In this document: piece after piece, positions 1-12,900 of the stretch
Position numbering within the stretch: position 1 is the stretch's first letter
Layout of the letters: every line of letters begins with the position of its first letter
Source of the DNA: Podarcis vaucheri
Taxonomy: Eukaryota
Reading direction: 5' to 3' (one strand)
Length of the DNA stretch: 64,000 nucleotides
Assembly (NCBI GenBank): GCA_965113315.1
Contig: OZ220368.1
Program-made: the position numbers and the translations under genes
The notes under the pieces: generated by a model
Databases searched by the model: none
What the model was told of the DNA's origin: nothing
The model's input: only the letters and a program-made list of their open reading frames with translations

Positions 1-1190
1 GTGTACCCATACAACTAGGAAACGGGAGCTCATTCTAGAAGCATCTGCAAAGTGTAAGAGAATGAGAGAATTCCCCTGTGGTACGTGCAATGACATGAGG
101 GCCACTGAGGCAATATCCAGTTTTCTGTTGGGAAAGCTGACCAGCTCAACTGTGGGCCACGTATGTTCACCTGATCTTGCTCTCAGGGGAAGGAGGCAGT
201 GACTAAAGTCACCTCTGTACCTGCAGTATGACAAGGAAGGGGAAGGAGGGCCCTGCATTTTTCTTGCCCCGGGTATTCAACTCTCCAAGAAGCTTGTCAG
301 GTGCACATTTGTCAACAGTTATATCAGTCAGCAAATAATAGGACATTAACTGCATGAAGAGAGAATTTATAACTCTCTACTCTTTATATATAACGTCAGG
401 TTCCAGGCTTCTGGCCTTGGCAAAATTGTCACTAGTGTTCCTTTTTTATATTTCATTCTTCAAAATGGCTGTTAAACATGGACTTGTCTTTCTAGTCAAG
501 CAGTTCTTTGACATCTATTACATCTACTACAAAATTATTTTAGACTCTGCTGTAGCATTTCTCCCGGTAGTGGTCTGGGTGCCGGAGAGCTTCCTGTGGA
601 GTAACTTAAATGTTAATTTATATAGATGTCAGTAAACTTGTTTTCCTTTCACATCAGGAGGGTTACTGTTTGCATTGCTTTTCTATAAATCTATCAAATA
701 AAATGCAAATGTAAAGAGCTGTATTTCATGTTTTATTGATCAGGAGAAGGCAGAGTTGTTGTGACAGCATCTGAATTTTGATTAGCTGTAACTTGTCTGT
801 TTTAAAGTTTATTTTTGGGTGTAGACTGCAGTCACCTCAGTTTCATGGGCAGGTATGCCTTTGTCACTTGCATTCTGTAGAAGATGTTATTAGAGATTAG
901 GTCATTGTGCGTGGGAAAGTGAGAAGAAATCTAGTAGTTGGTGACTATTATGTTAGGGAGGAGAGGGGTTTCTTAACCATAGGGGTCTTTTGGCTTTCTC
1001 TTCTTCCTTCCACAACTCCGGTGCTCACAGCAGTCAATGGAGTGAATGGGCAAAGAGGCCTGTCCTCCCTTCTTCCTCAGCATGTGGAATATACTAGAGT
1101 AGAATGCACAGTGAACCCTGGGAGATGTGATTTCTGCAAGGCATTTGACGTCTCTCAGGCACTGGGGAGAAACAGCATCTCCCAAGATTC

Positions 1191-1244
<54 letters not shown>

Positions 1245-1577
1245 TTTATTTGTACCCTGCCCATCTGGCTGGGCCTCCCCAGCCACTCTGGGAGGCTTCC
1301 AACAAAGATTAAAAATACATTAAAATGTCACACATTAAAAACTTCCCTGAACAGGGCTGCCTTCAGATGTCTTCTAAATGTTAGGTAGTTGTTTATCTCT
1401 TTGACATCTGATGGGAGGGTGTTCCACAGGGCGGGCGCCACTACCGAGAAGGCCCTCTGCCTGGTTCCTTGTAGCTTTGCTTCTCACAGTGAGGGAACCG
1501 CCAGAAGGCCCTCAGCGCTGGACCTCAGTGTCCGGGCAGAACAATGGGGGTGGAGACTCTCCTTCAGGTATACTAGG
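1191..1577 (-). mobile_element. L2 LINE 3' end (5'-truncated) with (TTA)n tail
   Basis: Reverse complement closely matches the 3' ~390 bp of the L2 at 15923-17101; (AAT)n at 1191-1245 is its tail. Confidence 0.9.
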
Positions 1578-2280
1578 GTATACCTCCCTAGTAGCATTTC
1601 AGCTGCTGAGGAGGGAAAGAGACTGAAAAAAGGGGAAACTGAGACCTCTTCTTCCCATTACAGCTGTTGCTAGAGCGGAAGCCAAGCAAGGTGGGTGGAG
1701 AGTAGAAGAGTGGGAGGGAGGATTAAAATGAGATAGAAAAGAGTTCAGGGAATGTAATGTTCATCCTCAGATTGAATACACATTCCTACCTCTCATTCTT
1801 TCCAAACTCTTTGAAAAAAATACAATTGTGAATCTGGTTATTTGTATAATTAGCATTTGGTAACATAAGGGATTTTTCTCTAATAAATAAGAGGGATTCA
1901 TAAAAGAATCACTGCCAAATTTCTGGGATGACTGATATGTGTTGGCAAAAGTTACTTCCTCTGATAGTGAAGTGGAAAAAGATAATAGGAATTTTTAACT
2001 GCAGCAGTTTTTAATCACATTTTAATCACATGCCTAGGTACACAACCCTGTGAAAGTTAAGTATGTGCTTGGTTAAAGTGCAGGACCTTTAGCTAGAACC
2101 TGCCCATATATTCTTTTTAAGTGAATGATTAAGTGTTCTTACCTGGGGGAACTGACCACTATGATTACTTCACCTGCTGGTTTCTGGAAATGGAAAAGTG
2201 GATGAATGTTAACAGACTGGAATGATGAATGCAGTTCATTTAATTCAGTGGTCCTTCAATGTTTTTATTTGGATATTTTT

Positions 2281-2866
2281 TGTGGACCGTAGACCAGGAA
2301 GTACGCAGTCCAGTGTGGGGCCAGCCAAGATAAAAATAATATACAGAATCAATTTTGGATTGAAATAGCCCACAACTTTTATTGATTACAGATGTAAGTT
2401 AGCTTAGAGGAAGGCATTAGGTATGCATCAGGTGTCAGTCAGCCCACCTGCTGACTGATAAGAGGTTAGGTCAACCCTGGGTAGACTGTTACCCTGTGAT
2501 GCATCACATTGGGGTGAACCCAGCAGTGCTGCCACTTGGAAGGGTGCTATCAGCCCCTGTGGGGACTCCCAGACAGAGACACCGCTTTCAGGATCCCTTT
2601 AGCGGGGTACCTAGTAAGCTAAATATGCCACTCAATGCTTTACCCACCAAAAGTTGTGATGATTGCTATGAGGTAGGTGATGAACCTGTAGAGCAGCCCA
2701 TTTGTCTAGATGGAATGCGGCAACTGAGGCTTCCATAGCAAGGTCTGCCCACTGTCTGCCCACTCGCCTTTGGGCAGGACCTATAAGAAACAGGGCAAAT
2801 GATTTGAGTGGGCCATGACCAGGTACGGCATGGCTTTAAAGGAGATAGGCAGTGGTATGTGCAACA
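2281..2866 (-). mobile_element. Degenerate LTR-like remnant (solo LTR or DIRS/Ngaro terminal repeat), related to 25951-26715
   Basis: Shares blocks with 25951-26715 in the same order: tgtgga start, ccacaacttt(t)attgattacag, aaaagttgtga.gattgcta.gaggtagg, ccatagcaagg. Right boundary approximate. Confidence 0.6.
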
Positions 2867-3075
2867 TATGTATATGAGAGCTAAGGAGCATGAGTGAATA
2901 TGGATGTCAAAATGGCATGTGTTTGCATGAAGAATGTGAGTTGTGTTTATTCATAAAAGAAATGTGTGAGTACTGTGCTCACGTGTGTGTAAATGTATAC
3001 AGACTACGTATGACAAACAAAACATTTTCAGAGCCCTCTTCCTTCAAAATCTTCACATCCATTAAGTTGCACAAG

Positions 3076-3148
3076 GCAAGCTTACAAGTCTCCTGCTCAT
3101 AGTCTTGTGAGGCCAGCCTTTGTTGCATTGCAGTGCAATGGCAGGCAG
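3076..3148. repeat. 73-bp direct repeat, copy 1 (copy 2 at 4387-4459)
   Basis: 72/73 identical by direct comparison. Confidence 0.9.
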
Positions 3149-4386
3149 TGTAAGCTGGGATACTGAACAAAACCCCCCACAATGCCCCCCGTATATAATT
3201 TGTGCCTTCCAGATAGATATGAATGAATAGCTGAAATAATAGGAACTGTATGAGTAGGTTAAAAATACTATTTTGCTAGTAATTGCAGTTGGCAACAGTG
3301 AGTGCAGAGCCAGTGCCCATGAATATACAAAAGGGGAGATCATATATGTTCAAGGAAACATTGTCTACTCAAGCCTTCCATTAGCTTCCCACTGGAGCAT
3401 GAAATAAGGACATTCTCTGCAGTAACATTGCAGCACATCCCTAGTTAACAAGGGCACCCCCTTAAGATTACAGAAATGTGCATTAAGAGTAGAAAAGTCT
3501 TGGGGTAAGTGAAGACAAGATACAGAGAACACACCATCGTTTTCACAAATATCAGTTTCACATCCTGCCTTGTAGCATGAATCATATGCTTGGGAAATTT
3601 CTAAAAGCTGCTTTTGTCTTTATCACTTATTTTCTTAAGCAACTGTTCTTCTAAGTAGTACTCAAATATAATTGTCCTGGTGCTTCCCTCAGTCTGTCCC
3701 CATATTCACTGTGCAGATTGATAGCAATAGAATTTTTGGCAGGGATTCTAGAACTTGACAATGATGTTCTAGTTATCTAATCCAATATTTGTTTTTAACT
3801 TTCTTTTTTAAACCGATAGTTTTATTCTTTTTGTAAACTGCTTTGAGATTTTACTACAGTCAAGCAGTATATAAATGTTGTGAAATGATAAAAATCTCTG
3901 CTGTTCACTTTAACAGCCTTATTTGGGGGCCAGAATCCTCCTTTTTGTGCATGGGTCCTGAAGATGTTATGGCTCAGTCTGGGTGTGGTGATCACTTCTG
4001 TACTCATGGTGTCTGGATTCCATCAGTGACTTGTGACTAAGTGAGGTTGGGGAGCCTGTAATCATGTGCCAGAGAGGAAGTTTAGCCAGGTTCAAAATCG
4101 CTCTTCAAAATACCATGGCCATGAACTTGTGACACTGGGCCTCAAGCAACTGTAGGTTGGCCCAGCTACCTGCTTCTGCCTGCCTACTGCCTCCACAGCT
4201 GCAAGGGCCTGACTACTCCATGCCTTTGACTGTGGTGAAAGTCTAGGTCACTGGAGACAGGGCGCTACGATCTCACATGCTCATGTGCCTTACTGTACAG
4301 CGAGCTGTCCTCTGTTTAGGTTATCATAATAATGGAGAGCAGAGGCCTTGAGGTTGCCCATCACCAGCACCTGGACAGCAGACTGA

Positions 4387-4459
4387 GCAAGCTTACAGGT
4401 CTCCTGCTCATAGTCTTGTGAGGCCAGCCTTTGTTGCATTGCAGTGCAATGGCAGGCAG
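4387..4459. repeat. 73-bp direct repeat, copy 2
   Basis: 72/73 identical to 3076-3148. Confidence 0.9.
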
Positions 4460-4562
4460 GAGTGCTTTTGCATTACGCTGGGGTCTAGATTTGGGTTGAT
4501 GCCAGAGGATATGTTATGCTTGTATGCACAGAGCACCAAGCCTTTGTTGATATGTAATATTC

Positions 4563-4853
4563 CATACCATCCAATTTTTCTGATTGAAAACCAAGATGCA
4601 TATCTTCTGGGACGTGCTTCCGGGAGAATCACATGACCTGCACCAGACTCTTGCCCCTCCCCTTAAAATGCTTTTTTCAGGACACAATCTCACATGGTGC
4701 CCCCCAAAAAGCATTTAGGGGCGCTGCATGAGATTGCGGCCACCCAAAAGTGCTTTTTTCAGGGTCAGAGCGCAGCACATGAGCATGTGAGGTCGTAGCA
4801 CCCAAAATGGCTGCCACAATCTTGTGTGAAAAATCAGGCACTTGGCAGGTATG
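4563..4853. mobile_element. Non-autonomous DNA transposon (MITE), CATACC...GGTATG termini
   Basis: Short TIR, flanked by a 6-bp duplication atattc (4557-4562 / 4854-4859). Confidence 0.55.
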
Positions 4854-5974
4854 ATATTCTATTATTATTATTTTTTCACTGCTTATTTAGCTGATGAGTC
4901 GCTTGTTTTATGCTTTCATTATTCTAGTTATTGTTTAATTGCATGTGTTTTATTTTGACAATGTTTTAATAAACTGCTCTGAGGGTTGTTGTTTTACAAT
5001 CAAGCTGTATATGATTTGTATGAAATAAATAAATCAGAATAGTATTTGTTGCTAGACAACTCTGGACATCAGTTGCTGGAAAAACAAGGTGTAGTATTTT
5101 TTAAAAAACCACCCTAATACAAAACAGGAATAATCAAGATTATGTAGTAGCACAGACTAAAACATTTACATGGGTGGCTGAAAAACCATGTAAAAGTTAG
5201 CAAAAATCCATGATGAGGAGCCAGCAGAATATACGGTAGTCACTTATGGTAGATCTTTTTCTTAATTTTTTAAAATCCTGCATGCATTCTTTGATGGGAG
5301 ATAGTCCCAAAGCACGCCTGTAGTGAGAAGCATTAGATCAATGTAGTTCAGGTGTGATGGACGTAGCACCGAGTGCATTGATCTCAGTGGACAATATTTC
5401 TGAGATCTAGAACTGCTGTATACTGAAATCCTCCTCTCCCCAATTAAAGCGTCTGAAATGTGGATTTTAAACTTTACAAGAACAAGAGAATCTGATCCAT
5501 TGTTCATGCAATCCCCAAGGCCACTATTTCTCAAAAATGCCTGCATACATTTTACTTCCTCAACAACAATAAAAAAATCTATATAATTACCCAGCATATG
5601 AGTGAGGCTGGCTCAGAAAATCAAGCAACATGGGACCTACTTTATGCAAACACTGCATATTAATCATCTTAATATTTATAAGCAATTTAATTTGATATAA
5701 AATTGCAATTGTGATATATTCTGTATACAAACAAATGAGTCATTTCTACTGCTCAACTGAAGAACTATAGGCTTTACGTACTAGAGAACAGTCATGGTGT
5801 GCAGGGAAATAATGACTTGCTTGGGAGAGTAAAACAAAATACATAAATCTATGCTAGTGCTCAGACAAAAAAGTGAAGAAGGAAAAAGGAGGAGGAACGG
5901 AAATACTAAACTGGAAGAGGAAAAAAATATTTTTAATTATAAGCTGCCAGCACCTCAGATAATGCCAACATATC

Positions 5975-6273
5975 CTCTTCTTCCTCCTCCTCCCATCTGA
6001 CTGGGTTGCCCCAGCCACTCTGGGTGGCTTCCAACAGAATAAAAACACAGCAAAACATCAAACGTAAACAACTTTCTGAAGACATCTGAAGGGATGTTTT
6101 TTAATCTCCTTGACATCTGATGGGAGGACATTCCATAGAGCGTGTGCCACAACTGAGAAGGCCCTCTGCCTGGTTCCCTGTAACTTCACTTCTCACAATG
6201 AGGGAACTGCCCAAAGGTGCTTGGAGCTGGACAGTGTCCAGGCTGAATGATGGAGATGCTCCTTCAGGTATAC
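5975..6273 (-). mobile_element. L2 LINE 3' fragment
   Basis: Diverged match to the same L2 3' end (ccagccactctgggtggcttcc, gagaaggccctctgcctggttcc). Confidence 0.85.
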
Positions 6274-6664
6274 AGAGTTGCAGCTTTGTATATCTGCTAC
6301 ATAAATAGCATTTCAAAATTGCTCCATGGGATAGCAGTTACTAGACGGTGAGCTAGTTCTGGGAAGTGGCTCATGACTTGGATGGGGGGATTTTCTATAA
6401 CCTGCTACTGCTTTCCTGTTTTCAGGTGGGCAGGAAGGCATATGGATGAAATCCCTTGATGAAATCCCATGGTGAGCCAGTTCACCACTCATGCAATCTC
6501 TACAACATGCACTAGTCCTTTGACCAATTGATTTAGAAACTGGAAAAAAATTACAGGATAGTGGTGGCCACTTGACAAGCAGTTATTGTGCAATACCTCT
6601 CCATCAGAATAATACTTCAATATAAAAAAGTAGCATAGGATGAAGAAACTTATTGGTATAGATC

Positions 6665-6878
6665 CACTGGCGGAAGAAGAGGGGGGCGGGGGGAGCGTAC
6701 CGCCCCCAGCACCACGATCCCGGTGGGGTGCCATTGCTGCTGCCCCCCCTAGCGCTGGGCGCCATGTGCCACAGGTGGTGCGCCACACCCCCAGGACGGT
6801 GCGCCATGCCCCTGGGACTCATGCCACGCCGCCACCTGCTCTCTGCCCCCAGTGCCGGAGTATGAAGCTCTGCCACTG
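6665..6878. mobile_element. hAT-type MITE (GC-rich)
   Basis: Termini cactggcgga / tctgccactg; perfect 8-bp TSD tatagatc (6657-6664 / 6879-6886). Confidence 0.75.
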
Positions 6879-6929
6879 TATAGATCTGTGTCATTTATTT
6901 TATTTTATTTTATTAAAAACTGCTGGTCG

Positions 6930-7140
6930 ATGCATCACTTGAGATGTGGGCAACTGGCATTGCTTGCTGCTCCATCCTTGCATCAAGTAAGGCTGGTAGC
7001 AGCTAGAACAAGAGTCTTTATGGTAGTGACCCCTAAGCTGTGGAGCCTTCTACACAGCTACGTAGATTAGTATCCCTGCTGGGATTCAGAAGGGAATGTG
7101 AGACTTTGCTTTTCCAGCAAGCTTTGGGTTGGCATTGTTT
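6930..7140 (+). mobile_element. Old L2 3' ORF fragment
   Basis: Translation LLAAPSLHQVRLVAARTRVFMVVTPKLWSLL resembles the L2 C-terminus LLAVPSLREAKLQGTRQRAFSVVAPALWNAL seen near 16800. Confidence 0.65.
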
Positions 7141-10100
7141 CATTTTCTCTGGTGACTATATTGCTTTCTTGTATGGTGCCTGTGTGATGTCATCTCTTTG
7201 GTTAAAAACAGCTCCAGAAATGGGACAATGTCTGTGAGGGAAAGGATGGAAATCTTTTCACTCTCAAACCCCTGCACCATGGCCATGATCCATATCGCCC
7301 CCTCCTCATTTGCTTTCAAGTGAATGATGACATCCAGCCACTGATCTTGCAGTTTGTTCCCATGCAACCAGATGTCAAACTTTTTATGAAAAATCTTGAC
7401 TTGCTTTTGAGACCTTTAGGAAGCTGTGGATGTCCTACCTTCAGGTGCACCATTTAGCGAAGATGGAGTGTAGTCACTGCCCCTGTGTTTCAAGCCATGA
7501 TTGATTATGTCTCCAGCACCCATATTTTCAGCCAGCCTACCTGTTGTATCATACAGCCAAAGGCACAAATTCCTTTGCTTTATTTTTAAACAAGGGAAGT
7601 TCCTTTTGCTCTGGCTTCACAACACTCTTTCTGAATCAGTGATTTAACTTTTCATCCTCTGAAGCATTTGCATCTGCTTTACAATGTGACTGTGGCCTCT
7701 TGCCCCTAGTCCTCCAGTTCTCTCTTACACACATTCAATGTTAAGTCTTCTGTTGTAAGTAAATGAGGTTAGTACTGGGTTTAACACTTCTTGGAAACAC
7801 TTTACTATTCTTTCTTTCCCTGTATAGAATGAAAAAAAATAACCACAAGGAAAGACTGCTTGCCTCATCAATTTATATTTGAAAATAAGATAGTAATATG
7901 ACAGAAGTTCATGTCCTGCAAATGTCACATTAAATTTGTTTCTGTGACATTGTGATTTGCTCTTTTAACCATTCTGAAAGCAAAGAGCTTAGCTTGCTTA
8001 TGGATTCAGATACACAGAAGCTTTCTTATGTAATTTAAGGAACCTCTTTACGTCTTTTCCTATATAGCAGCATCATCCACTGGTAACCATGGGCCACACT
8101 TAGATCAGAGTATTTTCTGATTATTTGATTTTCATACTTTCATGAATGCACTGCAAGTGTGTTATTCGCCTGTTCTGTAAATGTCTTAGTCTGGGTTTGG
8201 CCATTTGAGTTCTTTCCACAATTGCTCATAATAGCAAATGTCCGTTACAAACACATAATATGGGGTGCAGACCCTGATATTGGTGTAATTGTGCTCCTTC
8301 CTTTTATCGTCAATATATTATTGTCAAATTGTGATATAGATCATCACTGTGAATTTCTATAGCCACAAGAAATGAATACAGTAAAAAGCAGATTAAATGA
8401 ATACTTTTAAACAAGTCAGAGCACATTGTTTAGCCAAAGGTTTGACTAAACAAATAGGCCTTGTGATGATGAACATGGATACTTGATCAGAGCTTTATCT
8501 TGATCAGAGGGTCTAAAGTTGCAATCCTGATGTCTGCTACCAGTGAGTAAACCTCATGAAATTCGTTGGGACTCATTTATGAGCAGTCATTTCTGAGCCA
8601 TTCTCAGTTACGGTAACTTTCCCCATCAAAGCAGTCACCAAGGCAAATGTTTCTTATTGCTTTTTGTAGTTTTGTTCTTTCTTTGAAGAGTTGCATCCTG
8701 CAAAGTTTCTGCTCTGGGGCAAAAGAACACCACACTCCTGCTTCAGAAGGTGAGCTTCTGCACGCCCATCCAACAGCACTTTTAGCAAGGACAGCTCTTC
8801 AGTGTAGCACTTCAGCCCACAATCTTCTTTGGCTCCTATTTTAATCTGAGCTGGAAGAACTGGTTGTTTTCTAATGCTGGCTTCTGCTTTGAGGTAAATA
8901 TTAGTAAGCCCCCCGCCCCAACTCCTCACTAGGCCCTGAAGCCAGTGACCTTCACCAGCGTCTTTAATTGACATGAATGTGAGCAAAACACTCAGTGTCC
9001 CTATGTATTTAACAGTCTAAAAACCACTGTGCTGTAGAGGGAAATGAGAGGACCTACTGGGAAGGAGCTATTCAGACAATGGTTAGCCTTGAGAATCCAC
9101 TAGGGATGTAATTTACTTTAACGGAAGAGAAATGTTCCTCTTCTATTGTTTATTTGCCAATTCAGCAAAGGCTCCTAATTGAACATGTCTATGTTTTGTT
9201 GCATGTTTATGATATGATGATCATTATTTGGTTTGACCTAGTAAAGTACTTAATAAAGAATAGCCATGAGCTCAAATTATATTCTCTAGTCCAGATGCAG
9301 CATACAGAGAGGAAAAAGAGTGTGGATTTTTTTTTAAAAAAAATTAAGCTGTGAGCATATCCACAGTTGAACAAAGAATGAGAGGAGTGGCATGGGTGAA
9401 AGTAAGCAAGAAGAAGAAGAAGAAGAGAGGGAAAAAGGGGGATTTTAACATTCCATATTTTCCATTTAGGGGTGGGTGGCTGTGCTTGGATTCATTGTAA
9501 CAAACTCTCAACTTCTGAGAGTGGATGGGCTAAAATCCTAGAAAAATCAAATCAGGGATCACGGTCAAGTTTTAAAGCAAAAATTATGATCTCTTTTAGC
9601 TGTGAAGGCTACTATTTTTCTATTTAGGATAGTACAGATTTCATGTGAGCAGAAATGAGAAGAAAGGATACATTCTTATTACAGAAAATTGAGGGTATAC
9701 TAAGGCTGGTAATGATATTTTATGAGGCATTTTTTCTATATGTAAAAAAATGAAAAATACACATGCTTTCATAAATATTCAGACTGAGGGTACTACAAAG
9801 ATTTAACTATAAAAATATTATCTTCAAGATACTATTCAAAAACTTTAATAGTATAGGAGAACTGGAACTGGCTGAGAGTAGCTCTGAGACAAGTGCAAAG
9901 TTTTCCAGGAATGAAGCCAGACCATGTTTGTCTCATAATTAATATCTAGTTCCACGAGACAACAGAATTCTCACTCACTTTTACATCATCTCTGTTTATG
10001 TTGATCTAGATTTCAGTGGTGTTATCACATTACAGAAAGTGTTATCCCCACAATCACTAATGGGTTACCAAATCAAATGTGAGCTTTTCTGAAGCATTCT

Positions 10101-10329
10101 CCATGGCTATTTCACAGTGCTTGGCTTATTCCATCCATTCTGTGGTGGGTGCAGGCAAGATAATTCACTCATATTTAAATTCTGGACTGATTTGCTGCTA
10201 GGAGGTGCTCAATATTAGTTTACAATAGATAATCAAGATCATAAAACACAAACACAATTCAATTTAAACAATTTCATTCTGAAACCAGCAGTCCAAAACA
10301 ACAATAGAAAATATCTTACATTCTTCCCC

Positions 10330-10800
10330 AACCTTAAAGATTGGCATTCCCCAGAGCCCATTTTAATGTTCTCCCTTCAGCTCTATTAGAGGGCAGATAT
10401 CATGACATCCCAGTTGAACAAAGATTATGCCCATGCAACTCTAATGACAGGCATAGGCAATCTCGCCCCTCCAGATGTTTTGAGAATACAATTCCCATTA
10501 TCCCTGACCACTGTCCTGTTAGCTAGGGATGATAGGAGTTGTAGTCCCATAACATCTGGAGAGCTGAGTTTGCCTATGCCTGTCTAATGAGATTGAATCC
10601 ATTGGGCACGTTCTTCTATACTGCCCATTGTATTGTGATACCCAAAGAGAACTAATTCAACCATTATTAAGGAAATTACCTAGCCGTTTAGAGGAAACTT
10701 ACGTTAAATACCTCCTTGCTGATTAAGTTCTGGATATCATCAGGCATGTTGTGAAATTCTGTTTTACGGCAACAAGGACAAGACAGGCTGCGGTGGGACA
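10330..10800 (+). mobile_element. Non-LTR retrotransposon 3' fragment (RTE-X-like) with Cys/His knuckle, interrupted by a MITE
   Basis: Removing the MITE and one TSD gives ...LPSALLEGRYHDIPVEQRLCPCNSNEIESIGHVLLYCPLY..., a CCHC-type C-terminal motif. Family assignment is from recall. Confidence 0.6.
10448..10582. mobile_element. Palindromic hAT-type MITE (~135 bp)
   Basis: TIR caggcataggcaa/ttgcctatgcctg; perfect 8-bp TSD tctaatga. Related copies near 20870, 23430, 25540, 28450, 30110 and 42427. Confidence 0.85.
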
Positions 10801-12419
10801 AACTCCTTTAAGCTCATTAAAATTTCCACAGCCATAAGAGATCGCTGCATTCATATATGTTGCCAAACTACATGTTGTCCACATTTGCCAAATTTTGTCT
10901 GCAGTATTTCTTGTGCATATATACACTATTAACTGTACATTCACACCCATGGGGAGCATCTATATTTATTGCACAAGAACAGATCTTCTGCTCATGATCT
11001 GGGAGGAGTTTAAAATGATTAATGCAACTTTTAAGTAGCTAGGTGATAGGAATTTTCTTATATGAATCTAATAAGCCCTCTAGGGGAGGCAGGAGCTGAT
11101 GATGCATAGAAAAATTGAGTTATTAAAATATGCTTACTTTAGTAGCTTATTTTCATTTGTCCCAATCCAAAGATAAACCTGCATAAGAGTGGGTTGTCCA
11201 CACTCTATTGTGCTATTGTAAATGTGTACTTAGCCACCAACTGATGGTAAATTCCCATTTGAAAAGTTTCTGAGTCCAAGCTTCACTCCATCTTTCCCAT
11301 TCTAACCCACTCTTGACCTCTATCACCCTCCATTTTAAACCATGGGACCTTGTTGAGCCTTGTAAAATCAAAATAATATTGTGTGAGTGGAGTCTTTATA
11401 CTATTTTAGGTTAGGTATTGCTATACCCCCTTCTTTCTTGAACCTATAAAAGGTTTTATGAAGTAGCCAAGTTTTCTTGTTTGCATGAATAAAATTTAGT
11501 AGATCCCTCCCCCCCAATTATTAACATGAGAAATGGGTATGCTTATTGGTGAGACTCTGAATAAGTAAAGAAGGTGTAGTAATAACATCATTTTTGTTAT
11601 AGAAATTGCCCAACCATGAGGATGTTAGCTTTGATAATGTTTTTATCTTAGTTGTTCAATCTTTTATCGAGGGAGTAAATTTCAATTTTTCTAGTTTGGC
11701 TAGATTCTTAGCTATATTCACTCCCAGGTATTAAAAGTAGGCATGACAAAGTTTCAGGCCAGATGTTTCATGCCAATGCAGTTCTAGGTTTGGCAGGGTG
11801 AAGTTGACAGTGAATCCAAATACCTTGCCATCTATAGCAAGTTGGTGCATTAACAGCAGGTAACGAGGTTTCAGAAAGGAATACTCAGCATCACCTGTGA
11901 ACATATGGATGAGTTTTTCCAAATAATTCAAAACCTTTTACATCACCATGTGCTTTTAATACCTCAGCTAAGGGTTCCATGGTCGGGGTGGGGGTGGGGT
12001 GGAGCAACAGAGGAAACGACAATCCCCCAGCCAATGGGAAATGCCAAAGTGTGTTCCTCATTCACCAGAACTTGGTCCAGTGTTCCATAGTATAAATTAT
12101 ACAGCATATCAACCCAGGATGCACTGATACCAAAGGAACATAGAATTGTAAAGAGATATTGCCAGTTTAAATGATCAGATGCCTTGACTGTGTCCAGCAT
12201 CAGGAGAACAGTAGGTTCTAGATGTGATTGCCTCCAAAAAATTGTATTGATAACCCTTCTAATAAGAAAGGGTATTAGATCTTTGCTTTATGAATCCAAC
12301 TAGGTCATGGTGGACATAGTTTGGCAAGGTTTTTGAAAGCCTACTGGCCAGTATGCCTGTAAATAATTTAGTATCCACATTAATCACCCCAACAGTATCC
12401 ACATTATCTCACCCCAACA

Positions 12420-12900
12420 GTTTGGCATATTCTTCTCCCTGTTGCTCTCATTTGCCTTCAGCATGACTGAAGACAGGGTGTATATCCATTCAAGGAGTGA
12501 CGGGGGGTCTGTTCAACCTGACACATCTCTGTGGCAGGACAAAAGTGTAGTGAGTCCTTATCAGAGAGATACAGTTTGTAGATTATGCAACCTTAACAGT
12601 GCACTCTGGGGAAGCCCAACAGAGGCTAATCAACTGTTTTGCCCAAGTCTGCAGGTAATTTGGACTTGCCACCAGCCTTATGAAGACCAACATCCTGTGT
12701 CAGAACATCACCAGCACTCCACACATCAAAATTGGTGATTGCATGCTTGAGGTGATGGATGATTTTGTCTACCCGGGTTCTTTCATAATCAGCAACCTCT
12801 CCATCAATGCTGAACAGGACAATTGTATTGGCAAGGCAGCTATAGCAATGGCTTGACTCTCTAAAAGTGTATGGGAGGATGCCTTGATGATGTCACCATT
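12420..12900 (+). mobile_element. Old RTE-clade LINE (non-BovB) RT fragment
   Basis: Broken frame reads FGIFFSLLLSFAFSMTEDRVYIHSRSDGG.LFNL, a characteristic segment of RTE-clade RT. Confidence 0.7.

Noticed and set aside
907-1323. 138-aa ORF with a poly-Ile run
   Set aside because: The Ile run is the (AAT)n tail of an antisense L2, so the frame is not coding.
6427-6472. Plus-strand 46-nt exon-like segment (ttttcag|...|gtgagc)
   Set aside because: Not frame-preserving, peptide unrecognisable, no supporting neighbours; likely a pseudo-exon.
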